From an uncultured Armatimonadia bacterium (GTDB taxonomy: Bacteria; Armatimonadota; Zipacnadia; CAVVLO01), in the NCBI GenBank assembly GCA_963749155.1, contig CAVVLO010000002.1:960001-1024000 (forward strand): a stretch of DNA of 64,000 nt, given 5' to 3'. The notes under the pieces were generated by a model, which did no database searches, had not been told where the DNA came from, and saw only the letters and a list, made by a program, of their open reading frames with translations. How positions within the stretch are numbered: position 1 is the first letter of the stretch; each line of letters opens with the position of its first letter. Below, piece after piece: positions 10,457-19,956 of the stretch. A program made the position numbers and the translations under genes.

Positions 10457-11863
10457 CGCAGGCTGAAGGTAGCAAAGGGATAGTAATCCAGAAGTTTGGT
10501 GGCACCTCGGTCGCCACCCAACAGGCGCGTTCGGCTGCCATAGAGCGTATTGAACAGGCCTTGCGCGAGGGTTATCAACCCGTCGTAGTTGTCTCCGCGA
10601 TAGGCCGTATGGGCCAGCCTTACGCCACCGATACGCTTATCTCGCTGACCAATGAGATAGGCCCCAACATCGCCCGGCGCGAACTCGACATACTGATGGC
10701 CTGTGGCGAGTTAATCTCCATTGCGATAATGGCTCACCAAATCCAGACGGAACTGCAGATTCCAACGATTGCCCTAACTGGAGGGCAGTCAGGCATCGTA
10801 ACGGATGCGAATTTCGGCAAAGCCAAGATCCTGCAAATAAATCCGGCCCATATCCATCACCATCTTGAAAACGGCGAGATCTGCGTCGTGGCGGGCTTCC
10901 AGGGTGTCACGGAAGCCTTCGGCGAGGGAATCAATGGCAGCATCACAACGCTGGGACGCGGGGGCAGTGATACTACAGCCTCGGCTCTTGGAGCGGCCCT
11001 TGGCGCCACCAATGTCGAAATCTACACCGATGTCGAAGGGGTATTCACAGCCGATCCCAGCGTAGTCAAATCAGCTACGCCTATCCCCGAAGTCACCTAT
11101 GATGAAGTCTGCGAGATGGCTTATCAGGGTGCAAAAGTAGTGCATCCCCGCGCTGTGGAGATCGCCAAACGTTTCAATGTGCCGATGACAGTGCGCAGCA
11201 CTTTTTCTGGCGCGCCAGGCACCCGGGTGGTTGCCGTCGCCCCTGACCAGATGGACCAGGTCGTAGAGGACAGGCAGGTCAGCGGTATCGTCGAATTCGG
11301 GCCAGGTGCGCCTGATAGAGTTGCACTTTAACTCGCTGGACGAGAAGCTCACCCGAGAACAGGTGGCCTTAGTGGCCTCCGAGGCCGAACTCGAGACTTA
11401 TCGTCTGCTGGGCGAGGCGGGCATCAACCTGTATTTCGTGGCCAAGAGTGGCGGCACAATCCGCTTCGTGGTAAGCAATGATCAGATAGCTCAACTTGGC
11501 GCGCGTTTCAACGGGATGACGGTGCCTCTCAGCACCACAGGGGACAAGCCAGTGCTTGGCCTGCTCAGGTGCGGCAGCAGAGAGGGGCGTTTCTCCACTC
11601 AGGGCGCCGCCTTTGCCGACAGCGGTTTCGCTCTGCTGGAGCTGGAACTGCGCCTGGCCGAGCGTTGCCGGATAGTCAGTGTCATCGGGCCGGATCTCCA
11701 GCGGGTGCCTGGCATCATCGCGCGCGCGGCGGCGGCTTTGGCCAGAGAGGATTTGCCCATCCTGCAGACTTCAGGCTCGAAGCGCGCCTTCTCGATGCTG
11801 ATGAGCGAACAGGATAGTCAGACCGCCTTGCAGGTGCTCCACGACGAGTTCTTCAATAACTAG
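10453..11863 (+). CDS. Aspartate kinase (DapG-like), +1 frameshift at ~11293
   Basis: QKFGGTSV, VVVSAIGR..PYATDTL, TTLGRGGSDTTA and GAKVVHPRAVE motifs. ACT domains continue in ORF 11306..11863; removing one base at ~11293 joins the frames. Confidence 0.88.
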
Positions 11864-12258
11864 CGATTGGAAGAGGGATGTTGCGCGAGGTAACGCTCCA
11901 GCAACAATACCGCAACATAGTCGTCTATCGGCCCCGGGGGCGTCTGCAGCGAAACTGGCAGCAGGCGCCTCCAGCCTTTTGGAGGATTTTCCACGAAATA
12001 GCGCTTCCGGGCGAGCAAGGTCGTCTCTCGTTCATCCACCAGGGTGACTGGAATACCGGAAGCCTCGGCAAGCCCCTGGGCAAGAGGCTTGTGCCCTGTA
12101 CCCGCACCTACTATCACCGCTGACAATTGCCCTTTATGCCCAGCAGCGAAAACCAGCAGGTCCCCAGGAGACAGGATGCCTCGTTCAAGCAGACGCCCTT
12201 CCGAATCAGCCAGGGCATATCCCGCCTTCTGAGTGCCTGGGTCGACGGCAAGGATCAT
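11860..12258 (-). CDS. YqgF/RuvX-like RNase H-fold nuclease
   Basis: ILAVDPG..KAG, VDERETTLLAR and IDDYVAVLL motifs. Confidence 0.85.
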   Translation of the reverse strand: MILAVDPGTQKAGYALADSEGRLLERGILSPGDLLVFAAGHKGQLSAVIVGAGTGHKPLAQGLAEASGIPVTLVDERETTLLARKRYFVENPPKGWRRLLPVSLQTPPGPIDDYVAVLLLERYLAQHPSSNR

Positions 12259-13853
12259 TAGTTAGCCTCGGGCTGGGCGGGCGGGGCAGCGGGCTGCACG
12301 GTGAAGTCGAGTTCGACAGGCTGCAAGGTGCGGTTCAGCTTGCGAGCTTTGATACCTACATCTACCGGCCCGGTCTGGTCGATTATGAGGTCCAGCACCT
12401 CGAGCAATTGCTCCCCCGGCACTACGCCATGAGTTTCTTGCGTGGCCGCATAGGGATCGCGTTCTACTATCCTGGCGCGAACGCGCTCGGAGATAGTCTG
12501 GGCCAGCCTGTCATAGAGCCGGGGCAGTGGCCAGTCGGGTTGGACCCTCACTGTCGCGAGCACTTCGCCCTCGGTAAAGAGCACCCGGTCGGGCACGAGC
12601 TGAAGCCTCACAGGGACTGTCTCGCCCCGCACAGTGTTAATGACGCAGACAAGCTGAACCACAGAATCCTCGCCGAGGTCGCCCATCAGGGTCGCAATAT
12701 GGGCCTCGGCTTTTTCGCCAGTCAGCGCCTGGGCTTGTTCGCCAGGAGCGCCTACCGCTATCAGGATAAGTTGGGGCTGGTCGCCAGTCGTCGGACCCGT
12801 AGCCTTGGTGGCGTTGTCCAGCGCGGTCTGCCAGAGCTTCTTCGCCTGGTCGCGCACATACCATTGAGGGGAAGACTGCTTGATACGCGTATCGGCGACG
12901 ACATCCAGCGGTTTGAGGACAATCGTGCCAGCGCGCATCCCAAGCAACTCGGCGACCGTCTGCCTTGCCATTAGTGAAGCCTCGGCAAGCTGTTGCTGAT
13001 AATGCGTAACCTGGGCCTGGAGGCTTTCGGCTTCCTGTTCGAGGGCGCGACGCCGTTCTTCAAGTGCCTGGTTGCGGGCCTGGGTAGTGGTGAGCTGCTC
13101 TTGCGTAGCAACAAGCTCGGCGCTGGTGTGAGCAAGCTGCTGGCGAGAACTGGCAAGCTCTACCCGCTGCGTGTCGAGTTCGGCTCGGACCATCTCCAAA
13201 GCGATTGTTTCTCGGTCCAGCGACTTGGAGAGATCATCCATCTGCAGCCTGGCGCCTGCGAGCTGGCCAAGTGAGGCCTGTAATTCCTTTTCGCGCGCTG
13301 CCACAAGCTGTTCGGTGGATTTCAAGTCCTTTTCGAGCTTGGTCTGCAACACCCCAAGTTGCTTGTTGCGGCTGGCCAGGGTCGCATTCTGCTTCTTTAG
13401 GGCCACCAGACTGGATTGAAGCCGCTTGTACTGGGCGCGCGTTGACTCAAGGCTTGCCTTCATCGTAGCCAGTTGCTTGCGCTCACTCTCGAGTTCGGTC
13501 TTGAGCCCCTGGCTGCTGGCCTCGAGTTCGCTTAGCTTCTCCTGGCTGGTTGTAAGGTGAAACTGGGTGCGTTCGACCTGGAATTGAAGCTGTTTTTGCT
13601 CGGTCAACAACTGGTTGATGTGGAAAAGCCCCATCCTGGCCTGGCTGGAAAGTGCCAGCATGACAATCAGGGTGAAGATTGTGATAGCCATACCGACCGC
13701 GACGCTGATGAGGGTAGCCGTTGTACGAGGCCTGAGACCAAAAAGAGAGAGGCGTTTTTTGCCCAGCCTGTATCCGAGCAGGTCGCCCAGGTAGGCGATA
13801 CCCCCACTAACGATCACCAATATTACAAGCAATAACCAGCCTTGGGCTTCCAT
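12258..13853 (-). CDS. DUF3084-type membrane-anchored coiled-coil protein
   Basis: N-terminal GGIAYLGDLLGYRLGKKRLSLFGLRPRTTA, two TM helices, then a long coiled coil. Confidence 0.85.
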   Translation of the reverse strand: MEAQGWLLLVILVIVSGGIAYLGDLLGYRLGKKRLSLFGLRPRTTATLISVAVGMAITIFTLIVMLALSSQARMGLFHINQLLTEQKQLQFQVERTQFHLTTSQEKLSELEASSQGLKTELESERKQLATMKASLESTRAQYKRLQSSLVALKKQNATLASRNKQLGVLQTKLEKDLKSTEQLVAAREKELQASLGQLAGARLQMDDLSKSLDRETIALEMVRAELDTQRVELASSRQQLAHTSAELVATQEQLTTTQARNQALEERRRALEQEAESLQAQVTHYQQQLAEASLMARQTVAELLGMRAGTIVLKPLDVVADTRIKQSSPQWYVRDQAKKLWQTALDNATKATGPTTGDQPQLILIAVGAPGEQAQALTGEKAEAHIATLMGDLGEDSVVQLVCVINTVRGETVPVRLQLVPDRVLFTEGEVLATVRVQPDWPLPRLYDRLAQTISERVRARIVERDPYAATQETHGVVPGEQLLEVLDLIIDQTGPVDVGIKARKLNRTLQPVELDFTVQPAAPPAQPEAN

Positions 13854-13865
13854 CTGCTCCGCGAC

Positions 13866-14987
13866 TCAGTTGTTGGCTCGCCAGGCCAGCACAAGTCCAG
13901 CTGCGGCGAACACGAAATTGGCAAGCCAGGCGGCAATGAAAGGTTCGAGCCGGCCTGACTGACCCAGTATGTCACTAAAATGCATTACCAGGTAATAACC
14001 AAAAATGATCAGCACCGAAAGCCCCAGGCCAAGGGATGCCCCTGTCCTGTGTCGCCTGACTCCGAGTGGAGCGCCAATCATCACAAATACCAGACAAGTA
14101 AAAGGCAGTGACGTACGCGTGTAGAGCTGGGTCTTTAGTTCCAAAAATTCCGGCGTTTTCAAACTGGCCGCTGTAGCAGCAACCGAGAGTTCGTTTAGCC
14201 GGCGCCTCAATTCGACGAAGGTCATCTCCTCAGGTGACTTGGCCCTGGTGAGCAAGTCCTCGGGCTTTGCCTGTAACTGTTGGGTCAGCCTGGCAATCTT
14301 CGCCGTAATGGGTTTCTGGTCCGGATTCTGGCTTGTGACCAACTCGACCAAAGTGCAATCGGTAAGCACCCAGTCGGTGCCTTGCCATTCGGCTTTGGCT
14401 GCGGTCACGAGCGCTGCCGGTTCTTCCCTCTCATCGTAGTGTACCAGCGTAACTTTGTTAAGCACCAAAGCTTTGGGATCATAAGTGTCAGCAATTACCG
14501 CTTGCTTCAGTTTACCTTCTTTGCGCACCTGGTACATCGCGGAGTCGAGTTTGCCTACCTCATAACCTTTCTGGACCATCCCGGCTTCGAGGTAGGTTAG
14601 CCTCAAACTGGCCCGGGGCACCAGTACCTCGGTAAACATCAAGGTCAGTAAACTAATCCCCAATCCGAAAAGCAGAGCGGCTCTGCTAATTCTCAGAAAG
14701 CTCGCCCCCGAGGCTTTCAGCGCAGTAACTTCGGCATCGCCTGACATCCGCCCCATTGCAAGCAGGGTACCTAGCAGCATCGCCATCGGAAAGGTGAGCA
14801 CGAGCAGGGCAGGCAGCTTGAGGATCGTGAATTCCAGCGCGACCAGCGCGGGCACGTTTTTTTCGCTGACCATCTGGAGAAATTTGAACAGCAGGTTGCC
14901 CGCTATCAGCAGAGTGCTGAAAGCAGCTACCCCGAACAGGAAATTCGGGGCCAGCTCCTTGGCTACATAGCGGTCCAGTGTCTTCAT
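13866..14987 (-). CDS. LptF/LptG family LPS export permease
   Basis: LDRYVAKEL, GRMSGDAEVTALKASGAS and AAWLANFVF motifs; directly downstream of lptB. Confidence 0.9.
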   Translation of the reverse strand: MKTLDRYVAKELAPNFLFGVAAFSTLLIAGNLLFKFLQMVSEKNVPALVALEFTILKLPALLVLTFPMAMLLGTLLAMGRMSGDAEVTALKASGASFLRISRAALLFGLGISLLTLMFTEVLVPRASLRLTYLEAGMVQKGYEVGKLDSAMYQVRKEGKLKQAVIADTYDPKALVLNKVTLVHYDEREEPAALVTAAKAEWQGTDWVLTDCTLVELVTSQNPDQKPITAKIARLTQQLQAKPEDLLTRAKSPEEMTFVELRRRLNELSVAATAASLKTPEFLELKTQLYTRTSLPFTCLVFVMIGAPLGVRRHRTGASLGLGLSVLIIFGYYLVMHFSDILGQSGRLEPFIAAWLANFVFAAAGLVLAWRANN

Positions 14988-15018
14988 CAGCAGCAAGCCC
15001 TTGCCAGCGAGTGAGCGC

Positions 15019-15738
15019 TCAGGCTGTGAACCTCTCTCCCAGGTAGAACTTGCGCGCGATGGGGTCGTTGACCAGATCGGCTGGCGTCCCCTCGGTGAGT
15101 ATCTTCCCGTCGTTGATTATGTAACTGCGATCTGTGATCTGGAAGGTCTCGCGCACATTATGGTCTGTCAGCAGCACGCCAATGCCCCGCGCCTTGAGAT
15201 GCAGTATGATGTCCTGGATATCGTTGATTGCGATTGGGTCTACCCCTGTAAAAGGCTCGTCCAGCAGAATGAATTTCGGCTCGATACAAAGAGTACGTGC
15301 TATCTCTACGCGGCGCCTTTCGCCCCCCGAGAGAGCAAAACCCATCTGGTCTTTCAGGTGAGAGATGTGAAACTCCTCGAGCCGGTCAGCTATGATGCCG
15401 TCCTGCTGCTTGCGAGTCAGCCTTTGGAGCTCCAGCACGATACGCAGGTTGTCTTCGACAGAGAGCTTCTTGAAGATGGAGGGCTCCTGGGCCAAATAAC
15501 CCAGTCCTTTCAGCGCCCGGCGGTGCATCGGCAGGCCGGTGAGATTCTCTTCATCCAGCAGGACACGCCCGGCATTTGGCTTTACAGCGCCCATTATCAT
15601 ATAAAAGGTAGTGGTCTTGCCCGCGCCATTTGGACCGAGCAAGCCAACGACCTCTCCTGTGCCTACGCTAACTGAGAGGTCGTCCACTACACGCCGTTTA
15701 CCATAAATTTTGACCAGGTTGTTGCCAGACAAGTTCAT
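15019..15738 (-). CDS. lptB: LPS export ABC transporter ATP-binding protein
   Basis: GPNGAGKTTTFY, LSGGERRRVEIAR, LLDEPFTGVDP and TDHNVRET motifs. Confidence 0.95.
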   Translation of the reverse strand: MNLSGNNLVKIYGKRRVVDDLSVSVGTGEVVGLLGPNGAGKTTTFYMIMGAVKPNAGRVLLDEENLTGLPMHRRALKGLGYLAQEPSIFKKLSVEDNLRIVLELQRLTRKQQDGIIADRLEEFHISHLKDQMGFALSGGERRRVEIARTLCIEPKFILLDEPFTGVDPIAINDIQDIILHLKARGIGVLLTDHNVRETFQITDRSYIINDGKILTEGTPADLVNDPIARKFYLGERFTA

Positions 15739-16691
15739 CCTTGAACCGCCTCTGGCGCCCCTGTTATGAGGCCTTTCTCCACGCGTACCTTGCCCTGGTC
15801 AATCAGAAGGATTATGCGTTCTCCCTTAACCGTTGGAGGGGCTTGACCTTCTTGCTGAGGAGCAAGCTGCAAAGTGACGTTCCCCGTCAGGACGATTTGG
15901 CTCTCGGCAGCGGAATAGGTCGCGTGGTCGGCATGGCCGGTGGCCTTTCGCGTGCCGCCTGAACTGGTCGCAAGCAGTGACTCGACAGTGACGTTACCGG
16001 TAGCCACGGCTGAAGCAAGGTTCGTTCCCTGGCCCATCTCTGCAGTCAGAGAGTCCGCTTGAAGCGTGCCCTCAGGCGCCTTGATGGAAGTTTTTTCCGA
16101 AGCTGTAATCTTGCCGTCCCGCAGAGAATAGCTGAGCTTGCCGGCGGTAAGCGTGCTGGTGGTTGTGCCCTCTCCGTTGCCTGAAACCATAGTCAGGACA
16201 GAGCTGCCTTCGGATGCAAAGAGCTGGTCGCTCTGCGAGTACGTAGCCGAGGGCGCCTTGAGGCTGACCTTGCGCAGCAGACCCAAAATACCTGCCGCGC
16301 GCAGTTCTACGCCTCCACTGAATACCAGGTTGCCGGTATTAGCCAGATATTTCGCAAGACCCGCGGTGCTATGCACGAGAATCTGATTTCCATCGCTGGT
16401 TGTAAATTGCCCATCGAACTGCAGATTGCCCTGAGCCTGGGCGCCCAGGACACTGGAAAGGTCAGAACTAAGGGTGGCTACGACCTCATCACAGGTCATA
16501 CGCCCCTGATCGAGCTTTAGCGCGCAGTTACCAGTCGCCGTAAACTTGTCGTTTTCTATGTCCCACTCGATGAGGTCAGCTTCCAGCGCGCCGTTGCCTA
16601 CCGAGTTGGCTGCAATTGCCAATCCATTGCCAAGCAACATCACGAATCCAATTGCAAGGAGCCCTGCGAGCGCTCTCATTTTTCTCACCAT
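15735..16691 (-). CDS. lptA: LptA/OstA-family periplasmic beta-jellyroll protein (extended, 318 aa)
   Basis: Signal peptide, repeated ATGNV/LTGNV beta patterns, position between lptC-like and lptB. Confidence 0.7.
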   Translation of the reverse strand: MVRKMRALAGLLAIGFVMLLGNGLAIAANSVGNGALEADLIEWDIENDKFTATGNCALKLDQGRMTCDEVVATLSSDLSSVLGAQAQGNLQFDGQFTTSDGNQILVHSTAGLAKYLANTGNLVFSGGVELRAAGILGLLRKVSLKAPSATYSQSDQLFASEGSSVLTMVSGNGEGTTTSTLTAGKLSYSLRDGKITASEKTSIKAPEGTLQADSLTAEMGQGTNLASAVATGNVTVESLLATSSGGTRKATGHADHATYSAAESQIVLTGNVTLQLAPQQEGQAPPTVKGERIILLIDQGKVRVEKGLITGAPEAVQG

Positions 16692-17233
16692 GTCACCTTT
16701 GGCGAACCAGACAGGCGCAGTCTGGAGAGCCTGAGATCGCTCTCCAGCTTGCTCGCTGTCAGTTTGGCCCCTTTACGGCTGGCGGTGATACTGCCCTCCG
16801 CTGTAAGTGTATCCGCGCTGAAATCAAAAACCAGCCTGTCAGCCTCAAAACGCAGACCGCGTGTCTGGCTCCAGGCCACAAACTTGCCGGTCAGCGTCAG
16901 GTGGCGCGTTTCTCTGTCGAAGGCAAGTTCTGGCGCGCGCACAAACAAGACCTGCTTGCCGGCTTCCCTGAGGCTCAGTTCTATACCGCTTGCTGTAACC
17001 CTGGGTTGTTCCAGGCCGCCCTCAATTCTATCACAGGCCGCCTGCCACTCCAGCTTGCCATCCGCGCTGGAGCCGGAAAGACTGAGTTTAGTTGCGCTAA
17101 TCTCAGGTTTACCGTCACTACCAGGCCCAGAGGCCGGTTCTGGAGGACGGACAGGCCAAAAAACTACCAGCAGCACCATTACAACAGCCGCCACAATTCC
17201 GCCATAAAGCAGTAGTCTGGTCTGTCTGCTCAT
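16685..17233 (-). CDS. lptC: LptC-like LPS export protein
   Basis: Single N-terminal TM anchor, DGKLEWQ, beta-rich body; lptC-lptA-lptB synteny. Confidence 0.65.
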   Translation of the reverse strand: MSRQTRLLLYGGIVAAVVMVLLVVFWPVRPPEPASGPGSDGKPEISATKLSLSGSSADGKLEWQAACDRIEGGLEQPRVTASGIELSLREAGKQVLFVRAPELAFDRETRHLTLTGKFVAWSQTRGLRFEADRLVFDFSADTLTAEGSITASRKGAKLTASKLESDLRLSRLRLSGSPKVTW

Positions 17234-19077
17234 TCCCCAACACCAGGCAAAACAAACAGGCTCACGCGGTTTTGCGAGGTGAGCAATCGCAGTTCTCTCT
17301 TTGCGACAAGCTCCTCCAGCAAGGCGGGCAGGCGGCCAGTCTTGGGCATAAAGCTGAAATTCACCAGCATATAGTCATAACCTTGTCGGTGTAGCTCCTC
17401 AATAAGCGCCTCAGCATCTGCCAGTTTCGAATAATCTACCAGCAACTGGTATTCCTGTTCGCCCCAGAGATAGCCTCGATCGAGATAAAGGAGTCGCGGT
17501 TCGCCATAACATATGACCTTGGCGTCTTGAGGAAGGTTGCGATTTGCCCAGGCCAGAGTCTCATAGGGTTGCAGACCGGCTGTGAGCCAGGGCTCTGGTT
17601 CCGCCAAGCCGACAGCGACAGGCAACTTCACCAGAGAAGGCAAAACCAGCCCAGGCAGGTTAGCGAGAAGGCCAATCCCAAGCGCAGTCGCAATCGCCCA
17701 GCGCACCTTGGGCGCGCGTTTCCACAGTTCGACGAAAGCCCATCCGCCAGTCGCCGCCCAGATAGCCACCGAAGGCAGTAGATAGCGGATCTGCTGCATG
17801 CTGACAAACCAGCCAAGTGCCAGCAACAACGCCGCCAGATTGGCCCACTTGAGGCTCGAGGGAAGAGGCTTTACCAGTAAAGCCAAGGGCGTCAGTGCCA
17901 GGAAGAGCGGACCGATCTCGCCAAGCAACGAGCCGCTGTCGAAGAAAGCAGCCGCATTGAAAGTCAGGTCGAAGGGCAGCCTGATAAACTGCAGCGGCGA
18001 ATGGCCCAGGCCAAAGGCGAGTTGCTCTGCCCTGTAATGAGCGGCAGCCTCGGCCGACCAGTTGGCCCCACCGAAAATCGAGTAAAGAAAGGGATATACT
18101 GGATTTCCCGTCCAGGCCCAACTGCGAAGGAACCAGGGCAGGGCGATTAGCAAGGCCGGTAGACCAACCATCGCCAATCGACCGACAAGAACCCCGATGC
18201 GCTCTCTCTGCTTCAGCCCTGCCAGCAGCAGAAGCGCGCATACAATTACGAGCCACATCAGGCTTGAGAGTTTGAATCCGATGGCAGCGCCAACCAGCAG
18301 GCCGGTAAGCACCCAGAGCCGTGGCCTCGGTTGCTCAAGCGCCGCTAGTAAAGTGACCAGGCTGGCAAGCGTTGCCCAAACGAGTGCCAGGTCAATATAG
18401 GCGATAGTGGCTTCCCATAATATAACTGGCGCTGAAACGAGCAGCAGGGCAGCCAGCATACCCCCGCCCTTGCCTGCGCGCTGGGCAAGTGAATAAACCA
18501 GCAGCGCTGTGAGCAGCAGGAAAACCCAATGCAGCATCTGGGCTGCCGCAAGAGGCCCCAGGACGGCTGGTAGCGTGAAGACGAGTTCCAGCGCGAAGGG
18601 CTGGCTTGCGTGTTTTATGAAGGGCACATAGTGCATCTGGCCCGCTTCGGCGTAAAGCTTCGGCACGGCCAGGTGGTAAGAAATCGCATCCCAGTCATTC
18701 ACCCCTGGCGGAGCCAGAGTCTGCACCAGCGCGAGCAACAGCAGCAGCGCAGTCAGCAGTGAAAAAACTTTGTTGGCCTTCGTTACCCGCAAGGTGGCGC
18801 GCAGCAACCGGGGGGTCACTTTTCCAAGAGGGACGATGCCCCAGGAAATTAGCGCCGCCAGCAAAGCCAGCAGGGCCAGCGGAGAAAGCAGCCCAAGCGC
18901 GCCGAACAGCAGCATCACAAGCGAGAGCAAGGTGAATCCAAGTCCAACTGCCAGCGAGATTCGCGCCGCCAGGCCGAGCTGTGCAATGAAAAACAATCGC
19001 TCCAGGCGCGCGCCAGCGCTCGCGGCCGCAAGGGTCACGAGGGCAGCAAGCGCAATTGCCTGAAGCTGATCGGGCAT
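17230..19077 (-). CDS. Polytopic GT-C (ArnT/PMT-like) glycosyltransferase
   Basis: 615 aa with many TM helices; DWDAISYHL, YIDL, TGNPVYPF and QIRYLLP motifs typical of polyprenyl-phosphate-sugar transferases. Confidence 0.75.
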   Translation of the reverse strand: MPDQLQAIALAALVTLAAASAGARLERLFFIAQLGLAARISLAVGLGFTLLSLVMLLFGALGLLSPLALLALLAALISWGIVPLGKVTPRLLRATLRVTKANKVFSLLTALLLLLALVQTLAPPGVNDWDAISYHLAVPKLYAEAGQMHYVPFIKHASQPFALELVFTLPAVLGPLAAAQMLHWVFLLLTALLVYSLAQRAGKGGGMLAALLLVSAPVILWEATIAYIDLALVWATLASLVTLLAALEQPRPRLWVLTGLLVGAAIGFKLSSLMWLVIVCALLLLAGLKQRERIGVLVGRLAMVGLPALLIALPWFLRSWAWTGNPVYPFLYSIFGGANWSAEAAAHYRAEQLAFGLGHSPLQFIRLPFDLTFNAAAFFDSGSLLGEIGPLFLALTPLALLVKPLPSSLKWANLAALLLALGWFVSMQQIRYLLPSVAIWAATGGWAFVELWKRAPKVRWAIATALGIGLLANLPGLVLPSLVKLPVAVGLAEPEPWLTAGLQPYETLAWANRNLPQDAKVICYGEPRLLYLDRGYLWGEQEYQLLVDYSKLADAEALIEELHRQGYDYMLVNFSFMPKTGRLPALLEELVAKRELRLLTSQNRVSLFVLPGVGE

Positions 19078-19081
19078 CCAG

Positions 19082-19222
19082 CTAACCTCCGAGGAATAAC
19101 GCCAGCTTTTGGGCTAGCGCATAAAGAGTGATGACAAGCGCCCAGCCAGCCAGGAGTAACAGCAAGGGGCCTTGCTCCAGACGCAGTCCCGAGGAGGCGG
19201 GAGGTTCGTGTTTTTGTTTCAC
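19082..19222 (-). CDS. Small single-pass membrane protein (46 aa)
   Basis: MKQKHEPPASSGLRLEQGPLLLLLAGWALVITLYALAQKLALFLGG*. GTG start overlaps the upstream stop (GTGA) and the ORF fills the gap to the GT-C gene. Confidence 0.55.
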   Translation of the reverse strand: MKQKHEPPASSGLRLEQGPLLLLLAGWALVITLYALAQKLALFLGG

Positions 19223-19944
19223 AGTGAGATGACCTCCCAGTCAGTTATGCGCCAGTCGCCAGGGGCGCCTTCCAGAGTCAGCGCCCCCACAGTCTTCGCG
19301 TGGTCGCCGCTATGCACTATATATGAATTGCCATATTCCAGTGGTTGCTCGGACAGACTGTGCGTATGGCCCCCGAGAATCAGGTCGAAATCGGCAACTT
19401 CTGCAAGCCGTTTGTCCTCGCCGATACCAATATGAGTCAGCGCAATCAGCAGGTCGGCTTGCTCGCGCAGTTCGATGGCGGTGTCCATACCCGCGGTTAT
19501 CGGGTCGAGGAAACTGGCTTTCGTCACGCCCTGCCAGAAGGTGCCTGGCCTCACCATTGGCACCATCAGGCCAGTTATACCGATACGGATTCCCTGATGC
19601 TCAAGCAGGAGATACGCTTGCAGTCCAGTTTTACTGGACTCAGGCAGCTTGAGGTTCGCGCACACAAGCGGCATCGAGAAGCGACCGGCTTTGCGCGCAA
19701 GCCCAGCCTCCCAAAGGTGGAATTCGCGATTGCCGAGGGTCTTGGCAGTGTAATCCAGGCCATTCATAAGGCCAACTAGCGGTTCTTCGAGCAGGCCAAG
19801 TCCTACATTGGCGGCCCTCAGGGCATCTCCACAGTCAAAAAGCAGCGCGCCTCGAGCCTGTTTTAGCTCTCTGAGGTGTTCTGCCTTCTCCGGCGTCAGT
19901 TGCCCGTGGAAGTCCGAGGTGTGCAGCAAGCAGAGCCGGGCCAT
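19219..19944 (-). CDS. Calcineurin-like metallophosphoesterase (5'-nucleotidase N-terminal domain only)
   Basis: HTSDFHG, DCGD, GNREF, THIG and GGHTH metal-binding motifs. Confidence 0.82.
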   Translation of the reverse strand: MARLCLLHTSDFHGQLTPEKAEHLRELKQARGALLFDCGDALRAANVGLGLLEEPLVGLMNGLDYTAKTLGNREFHLWEAGLARKAGRFSMPLVCANLKLPESSKTGLQAYLLLEHQGIRIGITGLMVPMVRPGTFWQGVTKASFLDPITAGMDTAIELREQADLLIALTHIGIGEDKRLAEVADFDLILGGHTHSLSEQPLEYGNSYIVHSGDHAKTVGALTLEGAPGDWRITDWEVISL

Positions 19945-19956
19945 CTCGCGGGCCTC

